A stretch of DNA of 64,000 nt. Origin: Rhodothermales bacterium (GTDB taxonomy: Bacteria > Bacteroidota > Rhodothermia > Rhodothermales > Bin80). The DNA lies in assembly GCA_965208025.1 (NCBI GenBank), contig OZ242302.1, positions 656,727-720,726 of the forward strand, in the 5' to 3' direction. Every line of letters begins with the position of its first letter. The first letter of the stretch is position 1. Made by a program: the position numbers and the translations under genes. A model generated the notes under the pieces. That model saw only the letters and a list, made by a program, of their open reading frames with translations. It was not told the DNA's origin and searched no databases. Positions 49,265-59,205 of the stretch are shown here, piece after piece.

Positions 49265-51388
49265 TCAACGAATAATTACGAATTTCTTGATGATCCTCTC
49301 TCCTGTATCCAGATCCGTGATCACTGCAATATACAAACCACTGGAAACAATCTGTCGAGATGATGTGGTATGATCCCAAAACTCATCCCCGCTACCGTCT
49401 AAGTGCTCAATCTCATCAACAAGCTCCCCGAGATCTGTGTAAATGGCAATCGTACACCGACCTGGGATATTGAAGAATGCAAGCTTATCCGTCTGATCTG
49501 GGAATCGCACCGTCGGACTAGACCCAATATTAAACGGATTGGGTACGATCCGTACATCGGCGAGCGCTTCGCCAGCAGGCCGCTTCAGGCGGGTTGGTGT
49601 ATAGGTCTGCGTGGAATAACGAGAACTCCGTAGAGCGCGCCCCGCAGGAGTAAGACCTGTTCCGTCGTTCATGCTTGCATTCTGTACGGCAACAATGTAA
49701 TAGTAATAATCTATGCCACGAATGGGAGTTGTATCATCAAAGGTGGTGTCTCCTGCTGATGCAGTGTGGACAAGCGTGTAAGTGCTGTCAAATCGGCCTT
49801 GGGCACGATAGATCTCCCAACTGTCAGGTAAAGGTTCAGTGGTATAAGGTGTCCAAGTGAGTAGAATGCGGTCCCCCCCTCCATCTACTTCAAAGACGCT
49901 GGGCGGCGCCGGGCCGCGAGGAATCGCATAGCCCGATTCATAGTTGGCAATCGCCCTCCGAAACGTCTGAAATAATGAATCCCGCCCCGTGAACACCCAC
50001 TCGTTTTTCGTCATGGAATGCGTCTGACCATGCACTTCCAAGGTAATGGGAGAACTGTCATTCGCATTGGACACTTTGTATGCTCTGCCAATCAGGGAAT
50101 TCGCCTCACGGCTTAATCCTGATGCGCCCTCGGCAAGAACAATTCGTATGCTCTCCCCAGGCGCCAGCGTGTAAGGTCCGTATCCGTTTGCATTGGAAAA
50201 TCCTCCAGGAGTGCCCAAACTTGGATCGCCAACTGGACTCAAGAAGCCTGGAAAACCAGAGGGCTCAACAACATCTGCGTGGCGAGGGGATTTATGCCCC
50301 GCAGACATCACACCGTATTCAATCTCCATCTTGGTTGGATTGAATGCATCATTCTGGGATGTATAAGGATCATCAGATCCTACCCATGAAGTGGTAGTTG
50401 GCTGGTTCCGATCATCCGCACGATCGACGGGAGATGTATCAGCATGGAGAGTGACCACGCCGACAAATTGCGAAGCACCTAATCGACCTGTTGTATCAGT
50501 CGGTGCTACATTCACGGCTGGGAGCGCTTGGGGTAAGATAGGCCCTCCAAGATTGTCATAGGCATTGAACGGTGGAAACTTCCCATGCCAAACGTACTGA
50601 GCCCTAAAATCTTCATCTGGTGGATCCACTTTCACTCCATCCCCCCTGGTATCTAACATTGCGTTGAGTCCCCAACTGGTACCGTTTCCAATCACATAAC
50701 GTGTTTCTTTTGCAACAGAGAGTCGCCACTGGAAAAAGAAATAAACTCCTTCCAACGTCTGATTCGGGAGTTCAATTTCAGGATCGTCGTCCGTATTTCC
50801 AGTGTTTGTAAATGTATATTCAAAAACATGATAGTTATCGTGGTATTCTTGGGTGAACTGAAGAATCTTGCGCTCCATGGTGACCCCGAGAAGTGTGTTG
50901 GCTTCGTTCACAATCATGACATCTGCCTCAATGGACGGATCGGCAAAATCCGTAATCATGGCCGCCTCAGGCTCAGAAATCGCCCCATCAACCAACACTG
51001 CCGTTGGAGACAGCCGACTGATAAGATCAAAGCGGGTTGGAAAAAATTCTCCACCACCTGAGACTCGCGGTCCCGCATGTACCACTCGATGAGGGTAGCT
51101 CGTTCCAAGTTCATCCGTCACATTGATTGCACCGATCCACAAAGCTTTGGCAGCCTGCATATCTGTAAAGCGATAGATACCTGGCCACCGAAGCCCATCC
51201 TGTTGGGTACCAACAAAACCACATACTTCACATTCGCTCCCCACTTCGGAATACCAATTGTGCATAGAGCCAGCCGAGAGCCACTTTTTGACAAACTGTG
51301 CATGAACGTCGGTACTGGTACTGAACAATGCAATCAGCACTCCGATAGAGAGGAAATAAAACAAATGCTTGGTAAGGAATTTAATCAT
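49265..51388 (-). CDS. Large secreted protein of unknown function with FN3-like domain and T9SS-type CTD
   Basis: 707 aa with a signal peptide (LIALFSTSTDVHAQ) and an FN3-like segment (ILLTWTPY...WEIYRAQ...YYYYIVAV). The C-terminus is IVPNPFNIGSS...IAIYTDLGELVDEI...SSGLYIAVI...KKFVIIR. Confidence 0.65.
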   Translation of the reverse strand: MIKFLTKHLFYFLSIGVLIALFSTSTDVHAQFVKKWLSAGSMHNWYSEVGSECEVCGFVGTQQDGLRWPGIYRFTDMQAAKALWIGAINVTDELGTSYPHRVVHAGPRVSGGGEFFPTRFDLISRLSPTAVLVDGAISEPEAAMITDFADPSIEADVMIVNEANTLLGVTMERKILQFTQEYHDNYHVFEYTFTNTGNTDDDPEIELPNQTLEGVYFFFQWRLSVAKETRYVIGNGTSWGLNAMLDTRGDGVKVDPPDEDFRAQYVWHGKFPPFNAYDNLGGPILPQALPAVNVAPTDTTGRLGASQFVGVVTLHADTSPVDRADDRNQPTTTSWVGSDDPYTSQNDAFNPTKMEIEYGVMSAGHKSPRHADVVEPSGFPGFLSPVGDPSLGTPGGFSNANGYGPYTLAPGESIRIVLAEGASGLSREANSLIGRAYKVSNANDSSPITLEVHGQTHSMTKNEWVFTGRDSLFQTFRRAIANYESGYAIPRGPAPPSVFEVDGGGDRILLTWTPYTTEPLPDSWEIYRAQGRFDSTYTLVHTASAGDTTFDDTTPIRGIDYYYYIVAVQNASMNDGTGLTPAGRALRSSRYSTQTYTPTRLKRPAGEALADVRIVPNPFNIGSSPTVRFPDQTDKLAFFNIPGRCTIAIYTDLGELVDEIEHLDGSGDEFWDHTTSSRQIVSSGLYIAVITDLDTGERIIKKFVIIR

Positions 51389-51391
51389 GAA

Positions 51392-54300
51392 CTAAAATGA
51401 CAAGCGGATTCCCCAATAGATATCTCGTGGATCAAGGAACGTCAGAAAACTCTGATTGGGCATATCAATATACGCTTTGTCTTCTAATACCTGATCAACA
51501 AGCTGCTCATCCGCTGCCCCCCATGAACCATCCTGATACACCAAATACTGTCTGGAATCAAATTCCCAATAAATGACTCCTTCTTTCGGAGCAGTAATAC
51601 TCTCACGTTCTGCAATTCTCAACATTGGTTGATAAGCAACATCATTAGACCGATACGCCCCGATTTTATCATTCCCGGGAATATTGGTCTGGTAGTCATC
51701 TGATTCAGGGAGATGAAGTGATCTCAAATAGGATAGCTGATCGTTCCCGTCAATAAACCCGTTAAACGACAGTCTACGCGTATTCAGCGTGTTAAAGACA
51801 TCTACAAAGAGTTGCGCACGCCGTCCTGCAATCATCAGATTTTTGGTAAAACGTAGATCAATATTCCAGTAATCCAAATAGGAAACATTATTGATCACCC
51901 CAGGGATCGCTCCTCCACCCGTCCAAGTGAACTTGGATCCTTTCCGCCAGCTACCAATCACGCTGATCCGCCAATCTCCGAGAATGGAAAATGCACCAGC
52001 CTGAGGTCCAAAATCTGTGGGAGTCAGAAAATCTACGTTCAAACGGGCATAAGGCCTGGGGACTGGTCGCGATGAAGCTCGACGTCGCTCCGCATCACTT
52101 TCCGAAAACTCACGCTGTGCCGTGGGGTTTTCAAAGTTCTGTCGCAAACTAAAGTATCCAGAGGTAAATACCATATAGGTGTAATTGACAAAGCCCTGAA
52201 TCCAACGCCCCTTGTCTCGGGACAATGTAAACTCAAATCCGCGAATATCTTCAAAGGAATTCGGTTCATTCACCGTATAATTGACCTGTCCATCACGGCT
52301 GATGTACTGGGTGAGATACGGCTGCAGAGATACATCCTTGTAGTATCCCGCCATTCGGATTAACAATTGGTCAAAGAGAGATTGTTCATAGCCGAGTTCG
52401 TACGCAACGGTCTTCGGTAATGGATTATTTGGATTTGCGACTCGACTGATCTGACCCGTTTCGGTGAACTCGCGAAGTAAAAATAAATTATTGGGATCTG
52501 GCAGGGATCGAAAATGACCATAGTTGAAATACAACTTGCTAAATTCCGTAATTGGAAACGAAACGCCCATCCTCGGACTCAACGAAAAGATATGATTCGT
52601 CGGCTCTTGAGTGAGCAGTGTATCAATTCCAGGGGCGAACCGAGCACTGAATGCTGGACTGAATGGTTCAATGCCGTACCAGTCCCCACCAGCATTGAAA
52701 TAATCCATCCGCAGACCAAGATTCGCAATCATCCCCTCAAACTCAAGCTTGTTTTGTACATAGGCAGCTCCACGTACTGGAGAACGATCCCACTGAGAGT
52801 GGGAGTTGCTGCTCGGTAAAAATTCGTCGAATCGTCCGTAGTTGACCTGCGAATCGGAAAGGTTATACTCCACCCCTGTTTTGACTTGTAGAAACCGATT
52901 GAGCTGACTCGTGAGATCCGCTTTGAAATTAAATGCCGTAACTTGGCTGGTGTCACGGGCGTTACTCATCCCGACCCCCGTACGCATACCATCCACGCCA
53001 AAGGTGGGTTTGGGTTGAAATCCAAATGGAGCCTCATCAAATCCTACGCCACCAAAAAAGGCGACAGGTGTCTCGTCACGAAGCTCGCCCGGGTTGGTAT
53101 CATACGCCGAACGAAATGCGTTCAGACGTATCTCATAAAAGGTAGTAGAACTCAGTGAGTGGGTTAGCTTGATTCCACCCATGAAGTTATTGACCTCAGA
53201 CGGTGTCCAGTAGTCCGTAGAAAAAATCCGAGAATCAATAAAGCTGACACGGCTGAGTTCACCTGCAATGCTTGAAGCAGAGCGGAAAATACCAGGTTGC
53301 CCTACCCTGCTAAATGAAGTTCCTTCCACCCGACCTCTTAGGCCTTCCAGTGTCAATTTAATGCCAGGTCGGAGATCGGCAGTTAACTTCAAATGACCTG
53401 ACCATTCACGGTAACGATCCGAATTCAGTGGAATTAAATACATGCTTTGGTCGGAACGGACCGATGCATAAAACCGAAGATCACCCAAAAATTGACTCAC
53501 GAAGGGAACTGGACCACCGAAACCCACATCAATATTGTAATCTGGATCAACAACCTCCATTGCCTTGCGGTGTTGCCACAGGAATGCTTTTTGAAGTGCT
53601 TCGGGAGTCATATCATTTGAGGGATCATCATCCTTGGATCTCTCTTCGGAGATCGCAATCCATCCCTCAAAGCGCGGGTATTGCGCTTGGGTAAATTCAT
53701 CCCATCCTCCAGCTTCGGTACCTGTCCAAGCGACATCGGGGTCAATGAATGGACGAATCCAATAAGCATTGTTGTCGTCGGCACGAAAACCAAAATGCTT
53801 CTGAGCGGGTGTACTGTAGCGAACGATGGCATTCCCCGAATATCGTCGACGATCCCCTTCTTTGGTTACAACATTTACCACACCTGACCGTACGTTTCCA
53901 TATTCGGCGTTAAATCCACCAGTTTGAACCTGTACCTCCTCAACCGAAGAAAGACTAATGCTTGTATACGGTGCATTATCACGCTCGTCTCGGAGTGTGA
54001 GACCATTCACCATAAAGGATAATTCATCGGATCCACTTCCACGAACAGAAAGCCCCTGGATTCCTGCTTGCAATCCAACTACACTGTTAATGCTAGCAAC
54101 GGGCAGAGCTTCAATCTGATCAGAAGTAACATTTAACTGACTGTTGGACACATCTGCCTGCACAACGGGCAACTCTGCAGTTACAACGATTTCATCAAGT
54201 CCGACGGTATCCTCAGAGAGTTGAAAATTAACCGTAGTCGTCTGATCAATATTGACCCGAACGCCTTCTACGACTTGTGTCCCAAATCCGATAAACGAGG

Positions 54301-54517
54301 ACCGAAGTCTGTAGGTACCCGGAGATACATTCAAGATCGTGTAGTATCCATCCACATCTGAGGTAGCTCCCTGCAGGGTTGAGGGAATGAACAGATTAAC
54401 CCCAGGCAGACCTTCCCCTGAATTATCAGTCACGCGCCCAGTGATCTTACCCGTCTGGGCAAACGCTCCTGCAGAAAACAAAACCGAAACAAACAAAATA
54501 GTACTAACTACTCTCAT
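51392..54517 (-). CDS. TonB-dependent receptor with N-terminal carboxypeptidase-regulatory-like domain (SusC-like architecture)
   Basis: 1041 aa with a signal peptide, GKITGRVTDNSGEGLPGVNLFI...GYYTILNVSPGTYRL, a plug, a long barrel and a terminal IRLSF. Confidence 0.9.
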   Translation of the reverse strand: MRVVSTILFVSVLFSAGAFAQTGKITGRVTDNSGEGLPGVNLFIPSTLQGATSDVDGYYTILNVSPGTYRLRSSFIGFGTQVVEGVRVNIDQTTTVNFQLSEDTVGLDEIVVTAELPVVQADVSNSQLNVTSDQIEALPVASINSVVGLQAGIQGLSVRGSGSDELSFMVNGLTLRDERDNAPYTSISLSSVEEVQVQTGGFNAEYGNVRSGVVNVVTKEGDRRRYSGNAIVRYSTPAQKHFGFRADDNNAYWIRPFIDPDVAWTGTEAGGWDEFTQAQYPRFEGWIAISEERSKDDDPSNDMTPEALQKAFLWQHRKAMEVVDPDYNIDVGFGGPVPFVSQFLGDLRFYASVRSDQSMYLIPLNSDRYREWSGHLKLTADLRPGIKLTLEGLRGRVEGTSFSRVGQPGIFRSASSIAGELSRVSFIDSRIFSTDYWTPSEVNNFMGGIKLTHSLSSTTFYEIRLNAFRSAYDTNPGELRDETPVAFFGGVGFDEAPFGFQPKPTFGVDGMRTGVGMSNARDTSQVTAFNFKADLTSQLNRFLQVKTGVEYNLSDSQVNYGRFDEFLPSSNSHSQWDRSPVRGAAYVQNKLEFEGMIANLGLRMDYFNAGGDWYGIEPFSPAFSARFAPGIDTLLTQEPTNHIFSLSPRMGVSFPITEFSKLYFNYGHFRSLPDPNNLFLLREFTETGQISRVANPNNPLPKTVAYELGYEQSLFDQLLIRMAGYYKDVSLQPYLTQYISRDGQVNYTVNEPNSFEDIRGFEFTLSRDKGRWIQGFVNYTYMVFTSGYFSLRQNFENPTAQREFSESDAERRRASSRPVPRPYARLNVDFLTPTDFGPQAGAFSILGDWRISVIGSWRKGSKFTWTGGGAIPGVINNVSYLDYWNIDLRFTKNLMIAGRRAQLFVDVFNTLNTRRLSFNGFIDGNDQLSYLRSLHLPESDDYQTNIPGNDKIGAYRSNDVAYQPMLRIAERESITAPKEGVIYWEFDSRQYLVYQDGSWGAADEQLVDQVLEDKAYIDMPNQSFLTFLDPRDIYWGIRLSF

Positions 54518-55292
54518 ACATTAATGCAAACAACGAACAATAAAATCAATACAGTCAAATCTTGTGAATAACTGACCTCCACTTCGGCTTCTGCCCAACT
54601 TTCAGTCTAATTTACTGAAAGTTGTTGAATTTGTAACACGAACATAATAATTTATTGTGAGATAATGAAGAATTCTGCTAGAATTCTCGCCTGAGAGGCC
54701 AATTCATGCAGATGATTTCAGAAATTCACTGAAATTTCACAGTTATTAAAAGAGGTTCACGTTAACAAGGTACTATTTTCCATTCATGGACATGAATGGT
54801 TCATGAGTTTTGACCGCAATAATCGGTCCCATCAGTGATTTTGTTGATGGATAAAACATCGTTCATTTCTTCACTACCCTTTACAAAAATTTACCAAACA
54901 TAGTTCCAGCATACCCCAACTTTGCCACTTGTAGTGCCTGAGGTACGGAATTCTTCCATTTCGGCTTTTGATTCCATTATTCATGACCAGCCGATCCTGA
55001 TTCTTTGCCCGATCCGATTTCGGTGATTTGATGTCTCTGTCTGACCTAATTTTGTAGGAATATTTTCTCTACTTAGGGCTCTGGCGTATCAATTGGACAC
55101 AACTGGGCACTCCATTTGGAGTGTTGCGTCTCAATCTTTCCGAACGACTATCCACAGCTATGGACCCTGCGGCTTGGCGGGGCCTTCACTTTCAGGCTTT
55201 ACTTCGTGTTGCTGTATCGTTTTGGTTGCCCTCGGATCATACTTCAATCCCAGACAAGCGAAGAGTTCAATAAAAATAAGGTCAAATTCTGA

Positions 55293-55766
55293 TCACACAC
55301 ATGGATCAGAAAACGGTAATTGTTTTGGGGGAACCGTGTCGTGATTCGTTTGATTCAATTTAATTCCGTCCGAAGCGTGTCCCATCTCGCATTGATCCCC
55401 TCTTGTTTGAACTTCGTACGCGCCAGATTCCACAAAATAAATCAGCACCATGATGAATAGATGTCCATCAGTGCGTTCGACTTTTCAGTGATAGATCAAT
55501 CGTAATCCCAAATCTGACTTCATGACTCTAAACGCATTCGCAATCTCGGTAAGATGCCAGTAAGTCTGTGCAATCTGGCCAAGGGGTAAGTACGTACGAC
55601 TCGTCGGCAGGATACACCCACCAGTCACGTTTCTCCTATTCTCTGAGGAAGGGCTTCGGGTAAAGGCGGCCGAAGGCACATTCTTGTACCCCGCAGAGGC
55701 GGCTCTACCTTCACTTCGTATGAATGGATACCTGCTTGAACTCTTCCCGCAGACATCCCACCCCAT
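55293..55766 (-). pseudogene. C-terminal remnant of an IS4/IS1634-superfamily DDE transposase with an in-frame stop
   Basis: The translation reads ...QTYWHLTEIANAFRVMKSDLGLRLIYH-stop-KVERTDGHLFIMVLIYFVE..., matching the Y..LW.IE.AFR..KSDL..RPIYH(R/K)..E...H.FI motif block. The TGA interrupts this conserved block and no N-terminal part is present. Confidence 0.5.
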
Positions 55767-55988
55767 ACCATCACTTTATCGTTTCGTTTCAGACACTTTT
55801 TTTGGAAGGCCCGTCATCTACCGGAGATTGGCGAAAAAATAACATATCCACGAATCAATCTTGATTGTTTCCAAGATGGGTTCTGATTGTGGTTCTATAG
55901 CATAGTTCTATTACGGCATACTGATCCTGCACCATCAAACCACGGTCAATAATTAGATCCCTGTACCCGAAATCATTATCATTAAAAA

Positions 55989-56017
55989 GGTTCTACCACA
56001 CAAATTGTGATAGAACC
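55989..56017. repeat. 29-bp near-perfect palindrome made of IS-end sequence
   Basis: In ggttctaccacacaaattgtgatagaacc, the arms ggttctaccac and gtgatagaacc are complementary except for one position. Confidence 0.7.
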
Positions 56018-56029
56018 CTTTGCCACTCA

Positions 56030-56180
56030 CAATCCAACGCCAAGGCAGAACGCATTAACGGCAAAATTCAAGAAATCAAAACGGCCGGGAGAGGATACCG
56101 AACGTTTGAAAAATTCAGCAGTGCGATTCTATTCTTCTGTGGAGGTTTAGACCTCTATCCACAAGGTTCGTGGTAGAACC
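56030..56180 (+). pseudogene. ISL3-family transposase C-terminal fragment plus right terminal repeat
   Basis: The translation ...SNAKAERINGKIQEIKTAGRGYRTFEKFSSAILFFCGGLDLYPQGSW-stop is the characteristic ISL3 transposase tail. The stop lies inside the gtggtagaacc end motif (56170-56180). Confidence 0.6.
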
Positions 56181-56284
56181 GTATTTATTATTGGATGCTC
56201 CTCAGAGAAAAGTTAGACAGAATTACAAGTATACCTGCTCCAGATTAGCGGAAGGAAGGAGAACCTTCCTTCCGCTGATCGTCG

Positions 56285-58234
56285 TCACCTGACGAGCACC
56301 ATGGAGCGGGAATGTCTGAATTGTCCCCATTCCAGGGTATAGACATACTGTCCACTGGAAACCGCCATTCCAGAATCAGAGAATCCATCCCAAGTGACAG
56401 AATGCGTACCTTCCGCGAACTGTTCATCATTGATTAGAGTGCGGACAAGGCGTCCAGTTACATCATACACCTTAACGCTCACGCGCTTATCTAATGGCAG
56501 TTCAAAAGAAAATGTAGTGGAAGGATTAAATGGGTTAGGATAATTAGAATGCAACTCAAAATCCGACGGAACAATCACCTTATCCCCAGTAATGAATGTT
56601 GGAGTGAGTCCCTCCCCTGAAAGTACCAACATAAAGCTACGGAAAGGGTGGGGGACCGCAGACTCAGTAGTACGGGTATAAGAACTATCAGCAGGGTTAA
56701 AGACCTCGTTGTAAACGTAAACGCTATCTGGAACCCCAGAGATGGAGACTGCTACCTCATTGTGCCCATCTTCGTCTGTATCACCCAAATATGCAAACTT
56801 CCCAAAAAGTAATCCTCCCGCACCCAATTCGTCATCTTCGTAGGTCGTCGTGAGATACGTCGATTGGACACCTGCACTATCTCGATTCACAGTATCAAAA
56901 ATCATTCCCTCTGGCATTTCAAATTCAATGTGACTTACTTTGTAGCTACTCGGATCTTCAACATTGCCCATACCATCATAGTCAACGATTGTAACCGGTC
57001 TTGGAGGATTTCCAGCCGCAAATTCTGCAGGAGTATAGGGGCGACCAGTTCCTATCAGTTCTGGAATACCATCTTTATCAATGTCTCCATGCGTAAGCCC
57101 CCAATCAGAAACATCATTCAACAGAGGATAGATCACATTTTCTTCGGTAATCATTAGCGGATCTTCCCCCGATTCGTAGTTGATGATGGCAAGACTACGG
57201 TCTTCAAAGGAGGGGCAGTACACCTCATCATCTCCATTCTCATCCATATCCACGACCGTACATCCAAAATATGGGACATCATCAATTTCCGAAGCGTAAT
57301 AGTTAATATTCTCTCCCTCGGAACTAACGTATGTGTCAGGTCCTGTTACATCTATGTTGGTGAAGTTCAGAAAATTCCAGCTGGACAGGGCAATCTCGTA
57401 GGTGCCATCTCCATCCAAATCCGCAGGAACAATTCCAAAAGCACTTCCACCTCCACGATCAACGGGATCGTAATCTTCTGTTGCTCTACTACTAAACCTT
57501 GCTTCAAGTGTAATGGTAGTTAAAGGCGTTCCAAGATCATTTGCCGTCACGATATACCAGCTATCATATCGGTTGTCAGCACCGTTATTTCCAAATAGGA
57601 GCTCATCTATCCCATCTCCATCTACATCAGCAACCGTAATCTGTTCAGTCCTGAACCGATCTGGAACATCCATATCAAAATCCCACAAGTCAGGTAAAAA
57701 ACTGAATGTATTGTCACCTGTAGCTTCAAGGATTCCAAGGCGAGGTCCTTCCAAAACGGCATTTATTCCACTGTCTTCTGGAATGTCGTGCCCTATGAAA
57801 ACATAGATTTCCCCAAAACCATCACCATCCAAGTCCCCGACTCCAACACCTCTGGCATTCTCTGTAGAGTTAGATTCCAGATTCATTGAAAGGGAGGAGT
57901 AAATAAGTTCCCAAGTACCATCTCCAAGATTTTCAAGCACATGAGCTCGGCCACCACCAGAATAATCAGTCAGAACAACCTCAATTTTTCCATCACCATC
58001 TAAATCAAATGGTCTAGAAATACTTGGTGCACTGCGGTGAAGGCCGGGAGCATAAGGGGGGAGATCTGGAACTTGAAAAAGCGGATGAATTGGTCCAACA
58101 TCCGATTGGCCTGGCACCCACTCGAACACTTGTTCCTGAGCAATCGCAGGCGAAATGAAAAAGAGAAGAGACGTAAATGAAAGCAGTACAAATCTATGCA
58201 TCTGACAATTGATCTGGTTAGAAAGTGAAATCAT
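56285..58234 (-). CDS. T9SS-secreted FG-GAP/VCBS repeat protein
   Basis: 649-aa ORF; the likely start is MHRFVLL at 58201. It has at least six Ca-binding-like repeats (DLDGDGKIE, DLDGDGFGE, DVDGDGIDE, DLDGDGTYE, DIDKDGIPE, DTDEDGHNE). CTD: LHSNYPNPFNPSTTFSFELP...VKVYDVTGRLV...SGQYVYTL. Confidence 0.85.
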   Translation of the reverse strand: MISLSNQINCQMHRFVLLSFTSLLFFISPAIAQEQVFEWVPGQSDVGPIHPLFQVPDLPPYAPGLHRSAPSISRPFDLDGDGKIEVVLTDYSGGGRAHVLENLGDGTWELIYSSLSMNLESNSTENARGVGVGDLDGDGFGEIYVFIGHDIPEDSGINAVLEGPRLGILEATGDNTFSFLPDLWDFDMDVPDRFRTEQITVADVDGDGIDELLFGNNGADNRYDSWYIVTANDLGTPLTTITLEARFSSRATEDYDPVDRGGGSAFGIVPADLDGDGTYEIALSSWNFLNFTNIDVTGPDTYVSSEGENINYYASEIDDVPYFGCTVVDMDENGDDEVYCPSFEDRSLAIINYESGEDPLMITEENVIYPLLNDVSDWGLTHGDIDKDGIPELIGTGRPYTPAEFAAGNPPRPVTIVDYDGMGNVEDPSSYKVSHIEFEMPEGMIFDTVNRDSAGVQSTYLTTTYEDDELGAGGLLFGKFAYLGDTDEDGHNEVAVSISGVPDSVYVYNEVFNPADSSYTRTTESAVPHPFRSFMLVLSGEGLTPTFITGDKVIVPSDFELHSNYPNPFNPSTTFSFELPLDKRVSVKVYDVTGRLVRTLINDEQFAEGTHSVTWDGFSDSGMAVSSGQYVYTLEWGQFRHSRSMVLVR

Positions 58235-59175
58235 TTTACATCATGAATATAAAGAAATCTACGCAATTATTATAATCTTCCGCACATTACCCCCAGGGTG
58301 CTCCAGAAGAAGGGGAATTTTGTTTCCAGGCCCTCTCCCCCACTTAATGCGAATCAGCGTCCCTCCCCTATATTTCCTTTATCTTCAACACTCTTAAAAA
58401 CCACCCCGCCAAACGCTCTATATTCTCATTTGCCACTACTCTCGTTAAATTACTCTAATCAGTTCACGCTCCTATGGTTTTATATTCCTTCCTATCAAAC
58501 CGAATCCGAAATTGTCTTATATCATTCTATGTTCTTATTTCCACTCTATGTTCTTCACTGGCAGTTTCCAGTCATCGTTAAGGTCTAGTGAACAGAAAAT
58601 CCAGTTCATTCTCATTGACCAAGGATTCATTGAAACCGCGCCCAAGGCTATCCAAAGATTCATACCATATAGTCATGTATCTGGTCAGTGAAAGATGAAT
58701 GGCCCAATCAAATTGTAGCTATATGTTGGTAGTTGATATGATTAGATGATTGACTTTCATAGTAGGCTACACATCAGGTGTGATCCCAAAAGCCCCATGG
58801 AAATTCATGTTCAAAGCTTTCGTTGATCAACGGTATGCGCCTCTTCAAAGTCAGGTCTTGTTCGCTACAATCCAGTCTACATCCCTAATTGCTGAGAAAT
58901 CTGAATGATTTGAGCAGAAGTATGAGGTACATGAGAGAAGTTACCCTTGGCGTGGTCCGTGATTTTATGATCCAAGCATAATACAATTATCAATCTGCCG
59001 AGCATTATTTTGATAATCAGCCAAAAATTTATTGAGAATCTGCCGAAGTGTTTTGTGATACATGATTTTATCATAACTTCCATAATAATTGTTTATTTGA
59101 CGCAATTTAAGTTAGAACCATCTTAACATATTCATGCTTTTTCTGTTATGAACTGATGATCTATTGAATCATTTA

Positions 59176-59205
59176 TTGACAATCTGCCGAATTATTTTGT
59201 ATAAT
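59176..59205 (+). promoter_or_regulatory. Sigma-70-like promoter candidate for the AAA/DUF4143 ATPase gene
   Basis: TTGACA (59176-59181), 18 nt, then TATAAT (59200-59205), ending 80 nt upstream of the ATG at 59285. It lies within copy C of a triplicated motif. Confidence 0.3.

Noticed and set aside
55093-55344. An 83-aa plus-strand ORF.
   Set aside because: It lies antisense to the transposase remnant, which has recognisable motifs. Its translation has no features.
58298-58588. A 96-aa plus-strand ORF in the G-depleted tract, and the 58877-59083 minus-strand ORF.
   Set aside because: The Pro/Ser/Leu-rich translation is a by-product of the C/T-rich composition. The second ORF is built from the repeated promoter-like motif copies. 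Neither has coding-like features.
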